Of a stretch of 64,000 nt of DNA, positions 19,701 through 27,523 are shown one piece after another (the first letter of the stretch is position 1; every line of letters begins with the position of its first letter). The DNA is from Candidatus Hermodarchaeota archaeon (GTDB lineage: Archaea; Asgardarchaeota; Lokiarchaeia; Sigyniarchaeales; SOKP01): assembly GCA_048885525.1 (NCBI GenBank), contig JBHLLP010000001.1, forward strand, positions 54,799 to 118,798, written 5' to 3'. A model generated the notes under the pieces. That model saw nothing but the letters and a program-made list of their open reading frames with translations, was not told the DNA's origin and did no database searches. The translations under genes were made by a program, and so were the position numbers.

Positions 19701-20208
19701 CTGTAGGTTTCAGATTTTTAATTGAATCAATTTTCCCTTGACTTACAAAAGCAAATTGATTATCAGGATTAATATTAAAATCAGAAACTAATTTTTGAAC
19801 TTCTTGAACTGGTACTTTTCTGAATTCTTTATCAGACTTTCTCTGTATTTTGAAGAAGGGAGATTGTCCTCTAATTACATATCTTCTTATTTTAATTAAT
19901 TCATCCACGATTTGAACGTGAATTTCCACCATAGCATGATTTTGTCCATTTCTAATAAAATTCGCCCATTTCTTATATCGATCATCTCTTTCATTGCTCC
20001 CTAAAGCAAATTTAATGGCTTGAAATATTGAGGTTTTTCCACTCCAATTTGGTCCTACAATAATCACGAATTTAGATTTACCAAAATCCACTTCATCCTT
20101 CTGAAAAGATAAAAAATTTTCTAAAATAACTTTTCTAATAAAAATTCTAGAATTCTCTATATGAGATATTTCATTTTTTTTCAGGTTCGATTGAGATCGA
20201 GAAGCCAT
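16738..20208 (-). CDS. SMC-family ATPase, non-canonical head (SMC5/6-like features)
   Basis: 1156 aa. Walker A GPNWSGKTS, Q-loop VSQGKI, very long coiled coils, central hinge-like globular segment, signature LSGGQVSL, Walker B LCLLDEP. Lacks the canonical SMC R..M.DVIF.GS block after Walker A and has DRYKKWANFIRNGQNHAMVEIHV instead. Confidence 0.9.
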   Translation of the reverse strand: MASRSQSNLKKNEISHIENSRIFIRKVILENFLSFQKDEVDFGKSKFVIIVGPNWSGKTSIFQAIKFALGSNERDDRYKKWANFIRNGQNHAMVEIHVQIVDELIKIRRYVIRGQSPFFKIQRKSDKEFRKVPVQEVQKLVSDFNINPDNQFAFVSQGKIDSIKNLKPTELCSFLEEGIGLKDLREEILHQKNDILNLNKDLQSLKSRRNTLNISLELLNPKLERLKQKNELLKIKEKLNDELLWASKDKLEKEIIQIEDIIKNVELVIEGIKRKKEFSDREIELLSNKISKHHKNMNHLSEKVGELNYIKQELITKIQNWQKDKILVKQELDELSEKINEFKKIINNFKKQKESLGNENKRLQVESNNTSLQIDKLIIEQNQLLKKITQNKELLDKYNQLNSEKNENILRIQENKKTILSINNEINQLFQSFKDIEHKLEKNKWFLENPSKDLLNQLDKELKRISIRIYQLSSEINQLMIEKSKKLKKLKILQASLRERRVILPSNISVLKDEIKKRGLKVKGPIIDYLKYEDELSYAIESVLGEKLLYSFVAEDWDTLNLLKRLKEKFNAYCNIYLPKNVDITPMITITANGVLGYLAELIKIIDNDIDIKKVIYSTIKNCLVVKDYHSGREIYKTLNFKGKCVTLKGEQIISYKYVYETPYLKRLKGLLSAGTQGEQSEILETEVKHLNDKISELKVEQSKTNTEQQEIFKKKESFNDLLYNFNQKQRITSKKNQLYDQMHNLEKSNHFLKDENKKYENQIKDLKSQSDPDFFQWNDRIKEIPKKLALLNEDKKKWDLKSNENSNILKEVKDRLAKQKREKNLIQKDYETKKEAFQKADTTAFNTYRQLENIEEELETIEKKISNLKVEISQIQTKKSEIERKSIQITLTFEQENIKLNSYIQDLNSKKIDLLRINSEIGPLILKNLIKIRPIEDIEKEITGIDKGLLKYLDIDDSILIEKEQILSSLKEISKNQEDLEEDVKAAIKAEKKIEKTYYEKFSGLLENLQKRVNQKFLDSQIKSYCSLELTGNFEDLGVNIKAATSKEQLKSFTALSGGQVSLISICLILSLQEIKPSPLCLLDEPGMFLDEKNSEVAYQLIKATLEQNPIQLFMFLPKSSNALFLLAEKLIGIARVGKKEISSVFKPKIVKKNK

Positions 20209-20230
20209 ATTTCCCTCATTTTATAATTAA

Positions 20231-21466
20231 TTATTTACCAAAAGCTTGTTTTATTAGATCTACTCGCTTCTTAGCTTTTTCTAAATTTATTTGCGCCCTA
20301 TTTGGAGAATCATTTAAGATAAAAGGATAATTAGCTAACATCTTCATATCGTTATCTTCCAACGGCTCTTTTTTACTTAATTTGTCAATAATAAGTGTAA
20401 GTTCGGTATAATTCTTGGATGAGGCATTCTCATATAACTGATTTAGCATAAATTCTGAAATGCGAGTCTCCCGAATTTCATTCACAATGCCGGTAACATC
20501 CTCAGAGTTATCAATTTTATTACTTTTTTGAATAGAAATTATTTCCTTCTCTTGATTAGATTCTGTATTTAGATCGATTTTGGAATTCTTTTCTAAGCTT
20601 AGTGGAATGGAATTTGGTATATATTCTCCAGATACAATTAAATCGATTAAAATATCCGTTATTTCATTACTAGTCTCATTTAATTCCGAGTTCAAAAAAT
20701 GCTTGAATATCCCAACTTTCAATAGTTGTTTAATATCTTTTACTTCCCAATTTTCCGTGTAATTTACTATTTCGTTAATATCAAATACAATCTTAGTATT
20801 TTTTTCTAAAAAATCTTTTAATACTGTTTGGCGCTCAATTTTATTCAGTAATGGAATTTTAATAAAAAGATCAAATGCAGTATAGATTTTATTTGAAATA
20901 AGGTTAATATCTTGGATGTTATAATTAATCCATACTAAAACCAAATTCAAATCAGTAAATTTAAAATCAAAATTTCTACTCTGTTGAACCTCGAAAAACT
21001 TTTCTAATAAGTTTTCTCCAATTTTTTGCCTAAATTCTGTTTGCTGATTAATTAATAATAATCTCTTTTCACTAGTTTTATCCAGTTCAATTTCATCATC
21101 TTCTTTTTCTATTGATTGTGCAAAAGCTTCTAAAATTGAGATGAAACTCTTTACAAATTTGGTTGGAGATTTTAAAATCTCACTTTCTTCAAATTCAATT
21201 AGATCTAAGTAATAATTCTTAGTGATAAGTTTAATGTAGTCTATTATGTCTGTTCCGGGACTGGTATTAATCAAAATTGCTCCTCTTGGTTCTAGATAAC
21301 TATTTAAAATAGTATCTTCATGATTTGTTAATATCACCTTGAGAAAGTTAATAATATCATTATATTTATCTCTATAGAATATGTCCTCTTTCTTAATTCT
21401 AATTTCTGAAGGTCTAATTATCTTAAAATATCTAGAAAACTCCGGAATATCGTTTAAATCTTTCAT
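20231..21466 (-). CDS. Hypothetical protein with degenerate AAA+-like domain (first gene of SMC operon)
   Basis: EPRGAILINTSPGTDIIDYIKLI aligns by eye to AAA+ P.GiLLyGPPGTGKT with the Lys/Thr lost. RLLLINQQTEF sits at the Walker B position without DE. Ends 22 nt upstream of the SMC start. Confidence 0.5.
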   Translation of the reverse strand: MKDLNDIPEFSRYFKIIRPSEIRIKKEDIFYRDKYNDIINFLKVILTNHEDTILNSYLEPRGAILINTSPGTDIIDYIKLITKNYYLDLIEFEESEILKSPTKFVKSFISILEAFAQSIEKEDDEIELDKTSEKRLLLINQQTEFRQKIGENLLEKFFEVQQSRNFDFKFTDLNLVLVWINYNIQDINLISNKIYTAFDLFIKIPLLNKIERQTVLKDFLEKNTKIVFDINEIVNYTENWEVKDIKQLLKVGIFKHFLNSELNETSNEITDILIDLIVSGEYIPNSIPLSLEKNSKIDLNTESNQEKEIISIQKSNKIDNSEDVTGIVNEIRETRISEFMLNQLYENASSKNYTELTLIIDKLSKKEPLEDNDMKMLANYPFILNDSPNRAQINLEKAKKRVDLIKQAFGK

Positions 21467-21667
21467 TGAAAATTCTAATTTAATTCTTTGGTCTTTTTTT
21501 GAACATTATTTACATGACATTTTACACATATATATTTAGCGGTAGTCATAGTTAGCGATAACTAGACCCCCGACAAAAACCAAAAAGTTTATAAAAACGT
21601 ATTTCAAAAGAGAAAAATGAAAAGTGAATTTAATTTTTCATTCAAATTTAACTTTTTATAGATTTAT

Positions 21668-22117
21668 CTAAATTTTATCTAGAATAAATGATGGCAATCG
21701 GCCTTCATCTACCAAAATTCTTATTAAATTAGGCATACTATTCCATTGTCGAATAGAAAGGTTAAACTCTTCTTCTGTAATATCTTTTAATTGGGGAGCC
21801 CCAAAAGTTAGCATGCTAATAGAAGAGGTTATAAGATGTTTTACTTTTGTGCATGGGAACTCATTACATTGAGCACAACTATCAAACCCCTTTTCTCGTG
21901 CGCAAGGTCGGGCTTCACAATTCTTATCTGCTATTTTGTCTCCTTTACTCTTACAACCCTCACAATGAACATTCTCAGCAGTATAGTTTTCATGACCAAG
22001 ATATTTTCGCCAAGCTTCAACCATTTTTTGTCGAATATTAATATTATCTGATTGAGCAGCACATAAATAACAGTTATAACCACAATAACCTATTATTTTA
22101 TCATCATTTTGAGTCAA
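21668..22117 (-). CDS. Cys-rich DUF3795-like protein
   Basis: N-terminal GYCGYNCYLCAAQ followed by HCEGCKS, CEARPC and CAQCNEFPC. Same Cys pattern as ORF 36810..37238. Confidence 0.55.
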   Translation of the reverse strand: MTQNDDKIIGYCGYNCYLCAAQSDNINIRQKMVEAWRKYLGHENYTAENVHCEGCKSKGDKIADKNCEARPCAREKGFDSCAQCNEFPCTKVKHLITSSISMLTFGAPQLKDITEEEFNLSIRQWNSMPNLIRILVDEGRLPSFILDKI

Positions 22118-22230
22118 AAAATAACACCTCAGAGAGAAGAAGCAAATAATGTTTATAATTCTTATTGCCTATCTAGGTAATGTTTCTATATTAAGTCAAT
22201 TTAAAATATTATAGAAAATATCCAAATGTT

Positions 22231-22593
22231 TCAATAATTTTGATAAAATACTTCTAAACCTAATTCTTGATTTAATAATTTAATATAAAACTCAAACTGT
22301 TCATTAACAAGATCATAATGAGTGAATTTTCCCTTTTTGAAACTTCTAATGAGCCCAACACTCTCTAAAATTCGAAGATGATGTGAAATAGATGGTTGGG
22401 ATTTATCTAAGATTGCTTCTAGTTCACAAACGCAATGATCATTATTCTTTAATGCTGTAACTATTTTTAAACGTTCCTTATTTCCAAGAGCATAACAGAA
22501 TTCTAATATTTTTTCGAAGTTGTCGAAATTGTCTAAATTTTTTCCAAAATCTTGTAAATTTTGGAAGTAGGTATTAACATCAATTTTTTTCAT
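22231..22593 (-). CDS. arsR: ArsR/SmtB-family metalloregulator
   Basis: HCVCELEAILDKSQPSISHHLRILESVGLI has the ELCVC-type As(III) site plus the HTH. I place the start at ATG 22593 (MKKIDVNTYF, 120 aa) rather than the track start at 22704. Confidence 0.8.
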   Translation of the reverse strand: MKKIDVNTYFQNLQDFGKNLDNFDNFEKILEFCYALGNKERLKIVTALKNNDHCVCELEAILDKSQPSISHHLRILESVGLIRSFKKGKFTHYDLVNEQFEFYIKLLNQELGLEVFYQNY

Positions 22594-22711
22594 ATCAATA
22601 CAACTTTCAAGGGAGCCAATTATCTCAAGAGTCCGCTTTTTATTAATATTATCCACCCAAATTATTATAACTTTTTTGAGAAATATAATTAATGCACTTA
22701 TCAAACATTAT

Positions 22712-22733
22712 ATATTTATATTAATATAAATAT
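22712..22733. promoter_or_regulatory. Perfect 22-bp palindrome in the arsR/acr3 divergent intergenic region (candidate ArsR operator)
   Basis: ATATTTATATTAATATAAATAT is its own reverse complement. It lies 107 nt upstream of the acr3 ATG and 118 nt upstream of the proposed arsR ATG. Confidence 0.4.
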
Positions 22734-22840
22734 TTTATTAAACTTTTTAAATCCAAATATTTTTATTTGATGCATTTCATAAATATCTCAAACTGTATAA
22801 ATATAAAATACATAAAAAAACATAAAATTTTTGAAGATAG

Positions 22841-23902
22841 ATGAGCATTTCAGAAACAGAGGGATTATCAGTAACTCATGAAGAACAATCTAAAGATCTT
22901 GGATTTTTTGAAAAATATCTTACATTATGGGTCGCTTTATGCATTTTTATTGGAATTCTTTTATCTATTTATGTTCCAGAAATAAGTCAAGCGATCAATT
23001 CATTTACTATAGGTCAAATTTCTATACCGATTGGTATTTGCCTATTTTTAATGATGTATCCAGCAATGTTGAATTTGCAAGTTTCAGAGTTGAAAAAATT
23101 AGGTAAAAATCCCAAACCAATAATTCTCACGATAATATCTAATTGGTTAGTTGCTCCATTTGTAGGTCTACTTATGGCTCGTATATTTTTACAAGGTTAT
23201 GAGCAATTAGTTGTTGCTATCATATTACTAAGCTCAAGTCCATGCACCGCAATGGTTTTAGTATGGGGATGGATGGCAAAAGGCAATCAAGAGCAAAATG
23301 TAGTAAATACGAGTCTAAATACGATAACAATAATCTTTGGTTATGCTCCTATGGTAACATTATTAACGGGTATTCAGAATATTCCTGTTGATTGGGTACT
23401 TCTACTTATTTCAACATTAATTTTTATTGGACTTCCGTTATTTCTTGGAATAATTAGTAAAAGATTATTAATATCAGCTAAAGGTGAGGATTGGTTTAAT
23501 ACTACATATAGACCAATAGTTGGAAAAATCTCGATTATTGCCTTACTAACAACATTAGTGGTTCTTTTTTCTATGAATGGAGAAGTATTAATTAAGAATC
23601 CTGGTTACCTTTTATTGGTTTCCGTCCCACTCTTACTTGGATTCGTCATCGTTGTTGGTTACAACATCCTTATAACAAAGCTATTTAAATTAAAATATCG
23701 AGAAGCAGTCATAACAGTTATCATCGGTTCATCAAGTCACTTTGAAATTGCTATTGCTACAGCCATTGCTATGCCTGGTTATGGGATCGGGTCATTAGCA
23801 GCTTTGGGCACTACAATGGGATTATTTTGGGAAGTACCAGTAATGCTTTCGATTGTTTATTTAGGCAAATTCCTAAGGAAAAGAGGTTTTTGGAAATCCT
23901 AA
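22841..23902 (+). CDS. acr3: ACR3-family arsenite efflux permease
   Basis: N-terminus GFFEKYLTLWVALCIFIGILL, conserved SSPCTAMVLVW block, about 10 TM helices, 353 aa. Divergent from arsR. Confidence 0.9.
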   Translation: MSISETEGLSVTHEEQSKDLGFFEKYLTLWVALCIFIGILLSIYVPEISQAINSFTIGQISIPIGICLFLMMYPAMLNLQVSELKKLGKNPKPIILTIISNWLVAPFVGLLMARIFLQGYEQLVVAIILLSSSPCTAMVLVWGWMAKGNQEQNVVNTSLNTITIIFGYAPMVTLLTGIQNIPVDWVLLLISTLIFIGLPLFLGIISKRLLISAKGEDWFNTTYRPIVGKISIIALLTTLVVLFSMNGEVLIKNPGYLLLVSVPLLLGFVIVVGYNILITKLFKLKYREAVITVIIGSSSHFEIAIATAIAMPGYGIGSLAALGTTMGLFWEVPVMLSIVYLGKFLRKRGFWKS

Positions 23903-23978
23903 TATTTTTAATTATACATTAAATTATCAAATTAAGATAGGTATCTTGAAAAACTAAACAAAATTTTACTGAATAATA

Positions 23979-24158
23979 ATGAATGAAGAAAACATGGAAG
24001 AACAGATAGCCAATATAATAAAGGAAGCGATGAGTCAAATTTCTCATTCGAGTTGTGACCATTCAGAAACACATTGTAATAAAGATAGTCCCGATTATGA
24101 ACCCAAACATATTCATTGTGGAACTGATAGATGCAAAGGACTCCATCAAAATGATTAA
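23979..24158 (+). CDS. Small Cys/His-rich protein (59 aa), not in ORF track
   Basis: Own translation: MNEENMEEQIANIIKEAMSQISHSSCDHSETHCNKDSPDYEPKHIHCGTDRCKGLHQND. Lies 76 nt after acr3 and 3 nt before the next ORF. Confidence 0.35.
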   Translation: MNEENMEEQIANIIKEAMSQISHSSCDHSETHCNKDSPDYEPKHIHCGTDRCKGLHQND

Positions 24159-24161
24159 AAA

Positions 24162-24458
24162 TTGGATGTGATAAAGATTAGAGAAGAAGTGGAATTAAAA
24201 AAATTAAAAATAGATATTTACGTCCCATTAGATGCGTGTGCCTGTGAATGGGATAAGTTTATGAATCGCGTATTTGTTGAACTGACACCTTATATAAAAT
24301 ATATTGATTATGATACTAAGAATCTAAATTCAGAAGAAGCAAGAAAACTCAATCTACACAATAAATGCGTAGTTGTAGATGGAGAGAAAAAATTTTCCTC
24401 ATCTTTGTTTCTTAAAAAGGAATTACCAAATCTACTTAAAGCTAAAGGACTTATTTAG
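24162..24458 (+). CDS. Small thioredoxin-fold-like protein (ArsD / Thioredoxin_3-like) with CxC motif
   Basis: KIDIYVPLDACACEWDKF ... CVVVDGEKKF...KKELPNLL loosely follows the pattern of ArsD/redox-active disulfide proteins found in ars operons. Motif-level similarity only. Confidence 0.4.
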   Translation: MDVIKIREEVELKKLKIDIYVPLDACACEWDKFMNRVFVELTPYIKYIDYDTKNLNSEEARKLNLHNKCVVVDGEKKFSSSLFLKKELPNLLKAKGLI

Positions 24459-24491
24459 TCTTTAGATTATTTATTTTAAAATTTAATTAAG

Positions 24492-24848
24492 GTGATTGTA
24501 AGAATTAAAAAAATTAAATTAACGATTTTTGCACCAGATCCTGAAAATAAATTATCAAATGGGCTTGATTACAACCTAACTATAAATGAAAAAGGAACTA
24601 TTGTTGATCTCTTAACCACTTTAGATAAATATATCTATGAAAATCCTGAAAAGTCTATTTTTCCCATATATAAAGGGTTAATTCACTGTTATCTTCAGCT
24701 TATTTGGGATGCTGAAGAGAATGTAATTTATGAGGATTGTGCGGTAAATGCATATGGGCCAAATAAAGAATTTATGCCTTTACGCGAAGATATTAACTTT
24801 AACTTGTATTCTGATAGTGATATAACGATAGTAGTGCATGCAGATTGA
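24492..24848 (+). CDS. Hypothetical protein
   Basis: 118-aa GTG ORF embedded in an AAGGTGA string. No domain recognised. Confidence 0.4.
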   Translation: MIVRIKKIKLTIFAPDPENKLSNGLDYNLTINEKGTIVDLLTTLDKYIYENPEKSIFPIYKGLIHCYLQLIWDAEENVIYEDCAVNAYGPNKEFMPLREDINFNLYSDSDITIVVHAD

Positions 24849-25082
24849 TGAGCTGATGTTATGAAAGAACGATTGGATTATGGTAAATTTAAAAGAATTA
24901 TAATGAAAACTTATGGAAAAAACCATGAAAATTTTGCCCATTATTTTAAGACCCAAAGAAATAATTCTTAAGGTGAATGATACCTTTCAATAAATTCTAG
25001 TGAAAGGTTGACAATAGGATTGCCTCCTATGAAAATTAAATTTATTCGAAATTGTTGGATTTAACTCCTTTGGTATATTTTT

Positions 25083-25676
25083 ATGTTAGAAAAAGAAAGA
25101 CTATCCCTTGTAAGAAAATATTCAATTGAACACTCTGAAGAGGATGATATTCACGGATTTTTGCATGTTGAACGCGTTCTAAAAATATGTCTCCAATTAG
25201 GGAAAAAATTAAATGCTAATCTATTGATACTTGAAATATCGGCTCTACTCCATGATATTGGCAGAAAATTGAAAAAAAATTCAAGTTCTACTGAGAATCA
25301 TGCTGAATTATCTGCAGAGCTAGCTTTAAAATTCTTGAAATCTTATGATTTTAAACTCTCTCAAGAAGATTTTGATAATATAATTCACTGTATTAGATCG
25401 CATTCATTCTCAAATAATTCAAATCCTATAACTATTGAAGCAAAAATATTATCTGATGCTGATAAATTAGATGCTCTTGGTGCTATCGGTTTATATCGGA
25501 CTATAGGTTTTACTATAAAAAACCAAGGGGGAATAGAAGAAGTCATCAAACACTTAGAAAATAAAATCTTGAAATTAAAGGATCAAATGAATTTAGAAAT
25601 ATCAAAACAAATAGCAGTTAAAAACCATCAAGTCGTTTTAGATTTTTATAATAAATTAAAAGAAGAAAGATTATAA
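25083..25676 (+). CDS. HD-domain phosphohydrolase
   Basis: HGFLHVERV ... LLHDIGR ... SDADKLDALG is the typical HD-domain metal-ligand pattern. Confidence 0.8.
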   Translation: MLEKERLSLVRKYSIEHSEEDDIHGFLHVERVLKICLQLGKKLNANLLILEISALLHDIGRKLKKNSSSTENHAELSAELALKFLKSYDFKLSQEDFDNIIHCIRSHSFSNNSNPITIEAKILSDADKLDALGAIGLYRTIGFTIKNQGGIEEVIKHLENKILKLKDQMNLEISKQIAVKNHQVVLDFYNKLKEERL

Positions 25677-25694
25677 GAAAGAGTCATTAGAGTT

Positions 25695-25958
25695 TTAAAA
25701 TAATTGATAATAATATGGGAAATTGCTCTTCAGAACCCCATACAACAAAGATTTTATCATCAAGGGTACTGCTACATGTCTCGCAGCAACAATCCAATCT
25801 ATCCCAATATTATTTCCAGTTCTGCTTCCCTCTTTAAATTTAAAATACATTGTCATACCTAAATGATCTTGAATTTTTGTATCTTCAATTTTAATATCTT
25901 CTAAATCTGGGATAGTAAATTCTTTGATATCAAGATTAGGCTGTATTGGTTCCCTCAT
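25695..25958 (-). CDS. Hypothetical protein
   Basis: 87-aa ATG ORF downstream of and co-directional with the glyoxalase-like gene. No motif. Confidence 0.35.
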   Translation of the reverse strand: MREPIQPNLDIKEFTIPDLEDIKIEDTKIQDHLGMTMYFKFKEGSRTGNNIGIDWIVAARHVAVPLMIKSLLYGVLKSNFPYYYQLF

Positions 25959-26009
25959 TTTCTCAGAAGATAATTGTAAAGCAGCTCGAATTATTACTTC
26001 CTTCTTTAC

Positions 26010-26423
26010 TTATAAAGAATTCAAGGAGGAGATAAGTTTATATTGATCTTCCGATAGTTTATCTTTTACTACTTCGAAAAGCTCTAAAAGTACATTGTCC
26101 GGAGCTCCCGCCATTACATACTTCAAAGGACCAAAAATTTTTATTTCTTTAATAAATTGAAATCCTCTGTTTTTCATATGTGTAACTAAAGCTTCTAAAT
26201 CGTCGGTTTCAATCCCCAAATGATGAATGGCTCCACGTCCTTGGTCTTTTGGTGGTTGATCATAAAAATTAATTTTCGATGATCCAATTGATATCATTAC
26301 GTTTCTAGCACCTGCCATTTTCAAATCAAATAAAACTTTAGCTCCAAACATATCTTGATAAAATTTAATACTTTTATCAAGATTGGAAGTAAAAAGATGT
26401 GCATGATGAAGTGATGTTTTCAT
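26010..26423 (-). CDS. VOC/glyoxalase-family protein
   Basis: HHAHLFTSNLDKSIKFYQDMFG ... HHLGIETDDLEA ... matches the paired beta-alpha-beta-beta-beta VOC pattern. Confidence 0.8.
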   Translation of the reverse strand: MKTSLHHAHLFTSNLDKSIKFYQDMFGAKVLFDLKMAGARNVMISIGSSKINFYDQPPKDQGRGAIHHLGIETDDLEALVTHMKNRGFQFIKEIKIFGPLKYVMAGAPDNVLLELFEVVKDKLSEDQYKLISSLNSL

Positions 26424-26488
26424 ATTTCGACCTTTTCAATTTTTTCATTAATTTTATTATTTGAATAATTGGACTATATAAAAGTTTT

Positions 26489-27523
26489 TTAAAATCTTCT
26501 TGTTTTCTTTGGATATATTTGAAAAGGAGTACGTGCTTCTTCGGAAATCCATTCTACGTTTTCATTTATATGAGAAAGTGATCTCAATAAGTCAAAAGTT
26601 AGCCAACGTGTAGCTTTTGGATGTGAGATATATTCCCATAATCCATATTCTCCTCGTTCAGACTTTATGAATTCTATGAAATCACAAATCCGCTCATCAT
26701 CCTTACTAGCATCTACTCTCCAACAAAGATTTAATATATGAGCAATATCAAATTTAGCCATAAAAGTTATCCGTCCAAAAGACTTTTCTAATCCAATAAG
26801 ACGGGCAATCATGAAACCTACATTATTTCTTAATTTTGAATCAGTTCCAAGTATTAGATCTAGAGCTCGCTTAGCTTCATCACTTTTACTACGTTTAGGG
26901 TGATAAGCAAGACAGGTGAGAACTGCTGTCGTATTCGATCGGCACCCCCATCTTGAATGAGCAAGACGGCGATATCCAGCAATTCCTCCATAATTACCTG
27001 CAGATAAACCAACAGGCCATGCCCCATCTTCTAAACGTTGTTCCATTAACCATTCAAATGCTTTCTCAGTTCTTTCATCCGTTGAATATCCACACATAAC
27101 TAATCCTAGAAGTGGAATTGCAGTTTGAATAGGCATCATCTGATATCCAATTTCTTCATCAATTAACTGTTTCTTACCAGGCATTGGCCAAGAACCATCT
27201 TTTTGTTGTTTTGAAAACATAAATTCTGCAGCTCTCTGCACAACTGGATAAGACGAATCAAAGCCAAAATAACCTAATCTCTGTAATGCTATAGATGTTA
27301 TTTGAAGGTTATCACTGGTTGTAATTCGTTCTACCCCAAAAGAATCCCATGCTCCATTTTTTTTTTGGAGTTTAAGTAAATCTCTGACGAGGGAGTCTGA
27401 TTCTCTCATTTCTGATAATTCTTGAACTTCTTTTTCATCCTTGGAATGGTGTAATAATTCAGTTAATACCAAATATCGTAAACAAGGAGATGGATCAGTT
27501 AATAAAAGTGGAATCCATGTCAC
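26489..27523 (-). CDS. Prenyltransferase/squalene-cyclase-repeat (alpha/alpha toroid) protein
   Basis: Repeated Q..(D/N)G(A/S)W motifs: QKKNGAWDSF, QQKDGSWPMPG, RLEDGAWPVG, ERGEYGLWEY. The GTG start overlaps the stop of the 1629-aa UvrA-like gene (GTGA, 4 nt). Confidence 0.7.
   Translation of the reverse strand: MTWIPLLLTDPSPCLRYLVLTELLHHSKDEKEVQELSEMRESDSLVRDLLKLQKKNGAWDSFGVERITTSDNLQITSIALQRLGYFGFDSSYPVVQRAAEFMFSKQQKDGSWPMPGKKQLIDEEIGYQMMPIQTAIPLLGLVMCGYSTDERTEKAFEWLMEQRLEDGAWPVGLSAGNYGGIAGYRRLAHSRWGCRSNTTAVLTCLAYHPKRSKSDEAKRALDLILGTDSKLRNNVGFMIARLIGLEKSFGRITFMAKFDIAHILNLCWRVDASKDDERICDFIEFIKSERGEYGLWEYISHPKATRWLTFDLLRSLSHINENVEWISEEARTPFQIYPKKTRRF

Noticed and set aside
15549-21466. Interpretation of the SMC/kleisin/KITE operon as a Wadjet (JetABCD) or Lamassu-type plasmid/phage defence system
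   Set aside because: No Toprim/JetD-like or Cap4/Mrr-type nuclease gene is present. The gene order (X-SMC-kleisin-KITE) differs from jetABCD. The SMC has full-length coiled coils and a hinge. A chromosomal SMC (possibly SMC5/6-like) complex is the better reading.
21520-21600. Slightly GC-richer patch (AGCGGTAGTCATAGTTAGCGATAACTAGACCCCCGAC) in the spacer upstream of the SMC operon, considered as a tRNA or small RNA
   Set aside because: No acceptor-stem complementarity, no T-loop (GTTCRANYC) or D-loop consensus, and it is too short. More likely promoter-proximal sequence.
22594-22704. N-terminal 37 codons of the track ORF for arsR (MISALIIFLKKVIIIWV...)
   Set aside because: ArsR proteins are about 100-120 aa and the extension is hydrophobic read-through of the promoter region. 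The internal ATG at 22593 gives a normal-length ArsR.
24861-24971. 36-aa ORF (MKERLDYGKFKRIIMKTYGKNHENFAHYFKTQRNNS) in the spacer before the HD-domain gene
   Set aside because: No SD and no motif, and its length is easily reached by chance. Not reported as a feature.
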